Positions 7,040 to 13,010 of a DNA stretch of 13,010 nucleotides are shown here, in pieces (position 1 is the first letter of the stretch; each line of letters begins with the position of its first letter). Both the position numbers and the translations under genes were made by a program. The notes below the pieces were generated by a model that saw only the letters and a list, made by a program, of their open reading frames with translations, made no database searches and had not been told where the DNA came from. Source of the DNA: Candidatus Hermodarchaeota archaeon (GTDB taxonomy: Archaea > Asgardarchaeota > Thorarchaeia > Thorarchaeales > Thorarchaeaceae); contig JBHLLF010000064.1 of assembly GCA_048885865.1 (NCBI GenBank), forward strand, positions 1 to 13,010, in the 5' to 3' direction.

Positions 7040-7942
7040 TCAACCGGGACGCGGATAAAGCCCTGCTAACTTGACGAGTTCTGGTACGCAGGACTCCCAG
7101 CCTACAGCCATTATATGAACACCGTCCACTCCATCAATTGTTCTCAATGAATTGATAGTTTCAGCAGCAATAGACAGACCTTCTTGCTGGATTGCCTGTT
7201 CCTTTTCCTCATCATCAAGCCCCTCAGCAGCATTATCTAGGCGTTGAAGAATCGCATCAGGAATTGTGATGCCAGATACATGTTCGGTCATAAACTCGGC
7301 CATTTCTAGTCCCCGCAAAGGAACAACCCCAGCTAGAATATACGTATTCAGATCCGCAAGGGATTCCACAAATTCTGCTAGGCGAGATATGTCAAAGACA
7401 GCTTGAGTCTGAAAGAATTGGGCACCAGATTCATGCTTCAGCTTTGCTCTTTGTATCTGATGCTCAACTGGCTCGACAAAGGGATCGAACGTCGCTCCAA
7501 GAAGGAAGTCGGGCACCCCCTCAATCTCCTCATCGGAATGATCTTTGCCAGCCATCATTCGAGAGGCCAATCGAAGAGCTTGAATTGAATCAATATCTGA
7601 AACAATCTTGGCTTGTGTATCTGACCCAAAGCCCGGAAGATCACCCGTAACAAAGAGCACATTGCGAATTCCTAGAGCATAAGCGCCATAAAGATCACTC
7701 ATCAAAGCCACTCTATTACGGTCTCTCATTGCCATCTGCAGGATAGGTTCTAGTCCTGCATCAAGTGCCAACCGTGCTCCTGCAATGCTGCTCATTCTGG
7801 GGATTCTTCTTGGATTGTCAGGTATATTAACTGCATCACAGAAGTCCTTGACGACACTCGCCTTCTCAATCAACGACAGGTGGTCGGCTCCTCGAGGCGC
7901 ACCTATCTCAGCTGTTACAACAAACTCACCGCTTTGCAGCAT
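7040..7942 (-). CDS. metF: Methylenetetrahydrofolate reductase (MetF family flavoprotein, acetogen/archaeal-type); the true start may be CTG at 7966
   Basis: VTAEIGAPRG (catalytic Glu), DAVNIPDNP...MSS, EPILQM..RDRNR.AL..DL.GA.ALGIRNVL.VTGD, GA.FFQTQAVFD, ILAGVVPL and GVDGVHIMA.GW. Confidence 0.9.
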   Translation of the reverse strand: MLQSGEFVVTAEIGAPRGADHLSLIEKASVVKDFCDAVNIPDNPRRIPRMSSIAGARLALDAGLEPILQMAMRDRNRVALMSDLYGAYALGIRNVLFVTGDLPGFGSDTQAKIVSDIDSIQALRLASRMMAGKDHSDEEIEGVPDFLLGATFDPFVEPVEHQIQRAKLKHESGAQFFQTQAVFDISRLAEFVESLADLNTYILAGVVPLRGLEMAEFMTEHVSGITIPDAILQRLDNAAEGLDDEEKEQAIQQEGLSIAAETINSLRTIDGVDGVHIMAVGWESCVPELVKLAGLYPRPG

Positions 7943-8000
7943 TTGCCCAAGATGAGATATCGGCAGTTTTGGGGACTCCCTGTGTGTAGATAGTGAAGGG

Positions 8001-8030
8001 TCAACCGATGTGAACCTCTTAACTACTTTG
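8001..8030 (-). promoter_or_regulatory. Putative promoter region of the metF-mtr unit (BRE-like CAAAG, TATA-like GTTAAGA, followed by GGTTCAC..CGGTT motif)
   Basis: It lies in the hflX-metF gap, upstream of a GGGAG SD. A near-identical motif occurs upstream of hflX. Confidence 0.45.
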
Positions 8031-8050
8031 GTGTGTTTTCAGGAATCTCG

Positions 8051-9340
8051 CTAGTCAATTCTCATAAGAGTCCCTTCAGCGACCATCTTGGATAGTTTCT
8101 GAGCAAGTACAGCATCCAATCTCACGTCAACAGATATTGTGTCCTTGCTGTACTCCTGATTAGAAACGGAAGTAACATCATGAAGCCAAGAAAGCATTGA
8201 CATTGACGTATCATCATACGGAAGAACTAGGCGGTACGTCGCAAGTGGCATAAGACTTCGCTCCACTGCTTCAATTAGATCTTCCAGATTCGTTCCAATC
8301 ATTGCAGAAATTGGGACAACTTCTGGATTGGTGGATTCGATCAATTCGATGCGTTGAGCCATCTCGTCTTCATCAAGAAGATCAATCTTGTTTAGGGCGA
8401 TGATAAGAGGAACGCCATTTGCCTCAATATCCACAAAAGTTTCCAAACAGGTGTTCAACTTGCGCTCAATCTCTTCCAATGAATCAGAACCGTCAACAAC
8501 TAGTATAATGACATCGGCCTCACCGATTTCCATCAGCGTTGTATTGAATGCCCGAAGTAGCGGACGAGGTAGATCACTAATGAAACCAACAGAATCGGTT
8601 AGAACTGCTTGATGACCCGGTAGCGGAATTGTGGAGGTTTTGGTTGATAGTGTGGTAAACAACTGGTCTGCAACTTCGGCTTCTGAACCAGTTAATGCAT
8701 TATGGAGGGTGCTTTTCCCAGCATTCGTATACCCTGCGAGTGTCACTTCCTCAAATCCTTTCTTTTCCCGACCCCTTCGCTTCAGGCTCTGTTTCCTTGA
8801 GATGGTTTCGAGCTTCTCTTCAATGACAGCAATGCGTTTACGAATATGCGAAATATGTATGTCCAATGGATTCTCGCCAGGTCCCACCTGATCTGCGATT
8901 GGTCTATCTCCAACATGCTCCTGCTGGAGCTGAATTCGAATCTGGTGACGCTGGAATGGTAGCTCATATCTAAGACGCGCCTGCTCTATTTGCAGCTTAG
9001 CCTGAGGAGTACGAGCATGACGGTCGAATATTTCTAGAATTACCTGAGTCCTGTCACGCACCTCAATCTCCCATTTCTCCATGAGGCGAAACATTTGACC
9101 AGATGTCAAGGTAGGTGAAAAGAGGACAAAGTCTGGCTCGTTGACTTGAATCCATGTTTGGATTTCCTCAACCTTTCCACTTCGGATGCCATATTTCGCT
9201 GATGATGCACCTACGATATCGAAGGTTCCTAACACCTCATAGCCTGCTGTGGTCGCCAAAGCCTCAAACTCACTAAGCAAATTCGGATCTTTGTAATCCC
9301 GCCTCTGTACGAGTAGAGCTTTGACTTCGGTCATTGTCAT
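8051..9340 (-). CDS. hflX: Ribosome-associated GTPase HflX
   Basis: N-domain EFEALATTAGYEV, GKVEEI, DRTQVILEIF..HART..AKLQIE.A.LRYELP. G1 GYTNAGKST, G2 DQLFTTL, G3 DSVGFI, G4 NKID and G5 ISA are present, with a C-terminal LVLPY domain. The start may be the second Met (9334). Confidence 0.95.
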   Translation of the reverse strand: MTMTEVKALLVQRRDYKDPNLLSEFEALATTAGYEVLGTFDIVGASSAKYGIRSGKVEEIQTWIQVNEPDFVLFSPTLTSGQMFRLMEKWEIEVRDRTQVILEIFDRHARTPQAKLQIEQARLRYELPFQRHQIRIQLQQEHVGDRPIADQVGPGENPLDIHISHIRKRIAVIEEKLETISRKQSLKRRGREKKGFEEVTLAGYTNAGKSTLHNALTGSEAEVADQLFTTLSTKTSTIPLPGHQAVLTDSVGFISDLPRPLLRAFNTTLMEIGEADVIILVVDGSDSLEEIERKLNTCLETFVDIEANGVPLIIALNKIDLLDEDEMAQRIELIESTNPEVVPISAMIGTNLEDLIEAVERSLMPLATYRLVLPYDDTSMSMLSWLHDVTSVSNQEYSKDTISVDVRLDAVLAQKLSKMVAEGTLMRID

Positions 9341-9356
9341 TTAACCGGAGTGAACC

Positions 9357-9370
9357 ATCTTAAAGCGTTC
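9357..9370 (-). promoter_or_regulatory. Archaeal BRE/TATA promoter for hflX (GAACGC TTTAAGAT)
   Basis: The TTTAAGAT box ends about 22 nt upstream of ATG 9334 and there is no SD, which is consistent with a leaderless transcript. Confidence 0.55.
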
Positions 9371-9429
9371 CATTCTATCCATAAGGAAAGATTCATGGGC
9401 ATATCCGATGGCACACCAAAAGGACTAGA

Positions 9430-11463
9430 ATGACCCAATTCGAGATTCGTGCAAAGGATGGACTCGCCCGGTTAGGGAGATTTACCACAGCCCACGGCAC
9501 AGTGAAGACTCCGCTTCTTATGCCTGTGGTGCATCCAGGAAAATCAGCAATTACGCCACAGGAACTAATTACCGAGTTTGGCTTCCAAATGGTAATCACA
9601 AACTCATACATCATTCGATCGCATGAACGATTCCGCACAAAAGCAATTGACTCTGGAGTTCATGGACTTCTAAACTTCAATGGACCTATCATGACTGACT
9701 CTGGCACATTTCAGATGTATTTCCATGGTCTGGCTGAAGGAGAGATTGACCCTCTCGAAATTATTGAGTTTCAGAAGGCCATAGGGTCAGATATAGGAAC
9801 CATCCTTGATGTATTCTCAGATCCATCGGTTGGAAGAGCCAAGGTTGAGCAGGATGTTGCCGTTTCGTTGGAACGAGCACGGCTCTCAGCGCATAAGAAA
9901 GGGGATATGATGCTTGCAGGAACAGTCCAAGGCGGCATCTACGAGGATCTCAGAGAGAGCTCAGCAAAAGAACTTGCGTCCTTGGACATCGATGTGCATC
10001 CAATTGGAGGTGTAGTCCCCCTAATGGAGCAATATCGCTATTCAGAGATGGCCCGGGTAGTACTTGCTTCAAAGAAACACCTTCCGCCTGATAGACCCGT
10101 CCATCTCTTTGGATGTGGTCACCCAATGCTCTTTGCGCAGGCGTCGCTTTTGGGTTGTGACTTCTTCGATTCAGCATCCTATGCGAAATTCGCAGAATCT
10201 GGTAGAATGTTGCTACCATCAGGGACTGTGCACTTAAAAGACCTAACTGAGCTTCCATGTAGTTGTCCAATCTGCAGTGCGACCTCGGCTGATGCTCTGA
10301 AGAGTGAGAAGAAGGAGGAGCAAGAGCTACAGCTTATGAAGCACAATCTCTACGTCAGTTCAGCTGAGATGCGGAGAGTGCGTCAGGCTATTTCAGAAGG
10401 CAAGCTTTTCGAATTGGCTGCATATCGAGCCAGAGGACACCCAACCCTCTATGATGCACTGGCGGTGATTCTAGAGCAACATCATCAATTGGAGAGCGAG
10501 GATCCAATAGGGAAGAGGTCTTCAATCTTCTATACAGGTCCGGAAACCACAAAACGACCAGAAATCACTAGGTTCCTTTCTCGGTTTGTTTCTCGGTATC
10601 CCTACAAAGAAACAAATACCGTTCTACTCGTATCGGACCCAGGTCTCAGACCATTCTCTGACACATCTGGTGAAATCATCAGGGAAGTCAGGAAGAGAAG
10701 AGCAGATGACCTAGTGCTACTATTTGTTACTCCAATGGGCATCGTACCCTGGGAATTAGAACACGTGCATCCAGCGCAGCAGTGTCTATTTCCAGAGCGT
10801 CTAGATTCAGAAACAATTGGAATAGTGTGTGAGAGGACGAGAAGAGTCCTTGAGTCGATGACATATGAAAAAGTCATTTGGTTCAAGCGAAAGGTCAATG
10901 TGGATATAGCGCTTTCAGGACTAATCAATGAGCTTTCTATTGAAACTGTTTCGAGTGCGACTGATGCAACGAATAAGTTGCCTCCAGCAGATGAAGATGT
11001 CTCTTGGACTAGAAGAAAACTTAGGGCACTCCTGATGCATCAGTGGGGAGTAAATGCGGGAAAATTGGCAGACCTTGATGGCCTGAAAATTGACCTCTCG
11101 AAGAGTACAGGCAAAATTAAACATTGCAAGATCAATGATGATATTCTTTTCACTTTGGTTCCTACAACTGGACTCCTAACTCCAACGTATCTAGGAGGGC
11201 AAGAGCTGCTACGGATCGGTCTTAATGACATCTACAAGGTTGTCATTGATTCAGATGTTTCAGAGTTCGTAGCAACTGGAAAGTCCGCCCTGGCCAAATT
11301 CGTGAAAATTGCTTCAATAGAACTCAAAGCTGGAGAAGAGGTATTGGTCCTTGATGAAGACCAGAATCTCCTAGGCACTGGAAGAGCTCAAATTAGTGGT
11401 CGTGAAATGACCGCATTCAATCGTGGTGTCGCCGTACAGATTAGGCATCCGCGGAAGGGCTAG
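9430..11463 (+). CDS. tgtA: Archaeosine tRNA-guanine(15) transglycosylase with C-terminal PUA domain
   Basis: FEI..KDGLARLG, TP.LMPVV.P, ITNSYII, MTDSGTFQ, FQ..IGSDIGTILD, VQGG, HPIGGVVPLMEQYRY, PVHLFGCGHPM and GCDFFDSASY. Zn site CSCPIC...HNL. PUA domain V..GKS..AKFV...GEEVLV....LLGTGRA...GVAV.IR. Confidence 0.95.
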   Translation: MTQFEIRAKDGLARLGRFTTAHGTVKTPLLMPVVHPGKSAITPQELITEFGFQMVITNSYIIRSHERFRTKAIDSGVHGLLNFNGPIMTDSGTFQMYFHGLAEGEIDPLEIIEFQKAIGSDIGTILDVFSDPSVGRAKVEQDVAVSLERARLSAHKKGDMMLAGTVQGGIYEDLRESSAKELASLDIDVHPIGGVVPLMEQYRYSEMARVVLASKKHLPPDRPVHLFGCGHPMLFAQASLLGCDFFDSASYAKFAESGRMLLPSGTVHLKDLTELPCSCPICSATSADALKSEKKEEQELQLMKHNLYVSSAEMRRVRQAISEGKLFELAAYRARGHPTLYDALAVILEQHHQLESEDPIGKRSSIFYTGPETTKRPEITRFLSRFVSRYPYKETNTVLLVSDPGLRPFSDTSGEIIREVRKRRADDLVLLFVTPMGIVPWELEHVHPAQQCLFPERLDSETIGIVCERTRRVLESMTYEKVIWFKRKVNVDIALSGLINELSIETVSSATDATNKLPPADEDVSWTRRKLRALLMHQWGVNAGKLADLDGLKIDLSKSTGKIKHCKINDDILFTLVPTTGLLTPTYLGGQELLRIGLNDIYKVVIDSDVSEFVATGKSALAKFVKIASIELKAGEEVLVLDEDQNLLGTGRAQISGREMTAFNRGVAVQIRHPRKG

Positions 11464-12607
11464 ATGGTGCAGCCGCAAGTGCTAAGGGATGGCCGGGAAC
11501 CTTGCGTAGAGCATCAACTCCTCCTAGTGGAAGTATCATTACTTCATCTGAGGGTGCAAAGAGGTGAATATCATCACCTTCCTTGATTTCAGAATCAGGA
11601 TCAAGTAGAGCCTGAGCCGAAATATCACCCACTTGGAAGTAGACCTCCAAAGAATTTCCAACGTATATTGTCCTTGTGACTTTGCCCACAATCTCGTTAT
11701 CTGAGGCGCCTTCCCGCTGTAGATGAAGGTCCTCAGGTCGTATGGCAACTTTGACTTCCTCATTTAATTCAAATGGGTAGCCATCAATCGTGGTTTGGCC
11801 AACAGCAGTCTGATCGTTTGGAATTCGTGCAGTAATGCTATCATTATTGACGCCCTCAACAGTCCCATCAATAAAGGTGCATTGCCCTATGAAATCAGCA
11901 ACAAAAACGGTCTGTGGTGTTGCATAGATCTCCCTTGGTGTATCGAACTGCTGGACATATCCCTTGTCCATGACAGCAACCCTATCTGAAATACTGAGTG
12001 CTTCATGTTGATCATGTGTAACATACACAGTTGTGATTGACATCTCCTTGTGTATTCTAATAATCTCCTCTCTCATCTCAATCCGAAGTTTCGCATCGAG
12101 ATTGGAAAGAGGTTCATCTAAAAGGAGCACGTCTGGTTCAATGACAAGTGCACGAGCGAGGGCCACACGCTGCTGTTGCCCACCGGAAAGCTGGTGAATG
12201 TGTCTTTGTCCAAGTTCCTCCATTCTTACGAGACTCAGAGCTTCGTTAACACGACGGGCAACAGCACTCTTTGTGTACCTCAAGTTTTTCTCAAAACGTT
12301 TCAGTTTCAATCCATATGCCACATTGTCAAATACCGACATATGTGGCCATAAAGCGTAGTTCTGAAAGCACATTCCCGTGTTCCGTTTGTGAGGAGGAAC
12401 AACTGTCATATCCTTATCATCGAAGAAGATTCGGCCACGATCAGGGATATAGAATCCAGCGATTAGGCGAAGAAGAGTGGTTTTTCCACAACCAGACGGC
12501 CCTAGAAGTGTGGCAAGTTCACCCTCCTCAATAGCAATGTTCACTTCGTCTGTAGCGACAACTTCACCAAAGGTCTTTCGCAAATTCTCAGTTCTAATCA
12601 CGACCAT
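11441..12607 (-). CDS. ABC importer ATP-binding subunit (PotA/FbpC/MalK-like) with C-terminal TOBE/OB domain
   Basis: Walker A GPSGCGKT, Q-loop FQNYALWPHM, signature LSGGQQQRVALARAL, Walker B LLLDEPLSNLD, H-loop YVTHDQ, and FVADFIG and IRPED. Confidence 0.93.
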   Translation of the reverse strand: MVVIRTENLRKTFGEVVATDEVNIAIEEGELATLLGPSGCGKTTLLRLIAGFYIPDRGRIFFDDKDMTVVPPHKRNTGMCFQNYALWPHMSVFDNVAYGLKLKRFEKNLRYTKSAVARRVNEALSLVRMEELGQRHIHQLSGGQQQRVALARALVIEPDVLLLDEPLSNLDAKLRIEMREEIIRIHKEMSITTVYVTHDQHEALSISDRVAVMDKGYVQQFDTPREIYATPQTVFVADFIGQCTFIDGTVEGVNNDSITARIPNDQTAVGQTTIDGYPFELNEEVKVAIRPEDLHLQREGASDNEIVGKVTRTIYVGNSLEVYFQVGDISAQALLDPDSEIKEGDDIHLFAPSDEVMILPLGGVDALRKVPGHPLALAAAPSSPSADA

Positions 12608-12617
12608 ATTTCACACC

Positions 12618-13010
12618 TCATATTCCTGTAATAGCTGCAGACCTAGCTCCCAGTATTTTGTTTGTGAGCGTAATTATTATCCATTGCACAACCATCAATA
12701 ATACCCCTAAACATGCTGCACTAGTTGCCCCTCCCCATTCACCTATCATCTCCAGCACCCTAGACGTCCAATATGTAATGGGTGCCTCCGAATGCCCAAC
12801 ACTACCTAATAGAAGGCTCGTGCTAACCTCGCTCACTGAATATACAAATGAAAGAAGTGATCCTGCAAGAAGACTCACACCTATGAGCGGTAATGTGATC
12901 TTAACGAATGTCCTATTCTTACTGGCACCCAAGTTTTGTGATGCTTCCTCTAGAACCACAGGCGTTGACATCAATCCTGCGTATGCAGCTCTGACAGTAA
13001 ATGGGAATTT
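12618..13010 (-). CDS. ABC importer permease (Fe3+/thiamine/polyamine-type), C-terminal part; 5'-truncated by the window edge
   Basis: The frame is open to the window end (KFPFTVRAAYAGLMSTP...). It has the EAA loop LEEASQNLGAS...F.KITLPL and hydrophobic TM segments, and lies 10 nt upstream of the ATPase. Confidence 0.88.
   Translation of the reverse strand, partial: KFPFTVRAAYAGLMSTPVVLEEASQNLGASKNRTFVKITLPLIGVSLLAGSLLSFVYSVSEVSTSLLLGSVGHSEAPITYWTSRVLEMIGEWGGATSAACLGVLLMVVQWIIITLTNKILGARSAAITGI

Noticed and set aside
630-7650. Numerous plus-strand ORFs (e.g. 630-941, 1020-1493, 2132-2518, 3608-4243, 4938-5435, 6237-6593)
   Set aside because: They are antisense shadows of well-supported minus-strand genes, with Ser/Thr/Pro-rich composition and no recognisable motifs.
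8388-12701. Small ORFs opposite or within hflX, tgtA and the ABC genes
   Set aside because: They lie largely or wholly within conserved genes and show no family signatures.
1-13010. tRNA, rRNA, CRISPR arrays, transposases or integrases
   Set aside because: I saw no cloverleaf, repeat-spacer periodicity or recombinase motifs, and nearly all of the sequence is accounted for by CDSs.

Overview
Gene-dense archaeal chromosomal segment. The archaeosine TGT, CofE, MtrA/MtrH, PolB2-like polymerase and TATA-like promoters point to an archaeon. Mtr remnants without membrane subunits are compatible with an Asgard (e.g. Thorarchaeia-like) or other non-methanogenic lineage, but that is inference only. 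From left to right: the 3' part of a family-B DNA polymerase (+); then on the minus strand larC, cofE and a tightly coupled five-gene unit transcribed as metF -> divergent mtrH -> soluble mtrA -> canonical mtrH -> methanogenesis marker 14, with hflX upstream; then the divergently transcribed tgtA (+), converging on an ABC transporter ATPase and a truncated permease (-). The main candidate for an undescribed system is the five-gene unit. It has two different MtrH-family pterin methyltransferases flanking an anchor-less corrinoid protein whose tail resembles the MtrB N-terminus, plus a methylene-H4folate reductase and an ASKHA-fold putative reactivase. It looks like a soluble, non-ion-pumping methyl shuttle that may bridge the tetrahydrofolate and tetrahydromethanopterin C1 pools. 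No rRNA, tRNA, CRISPR array or intact mobile element was recognised.
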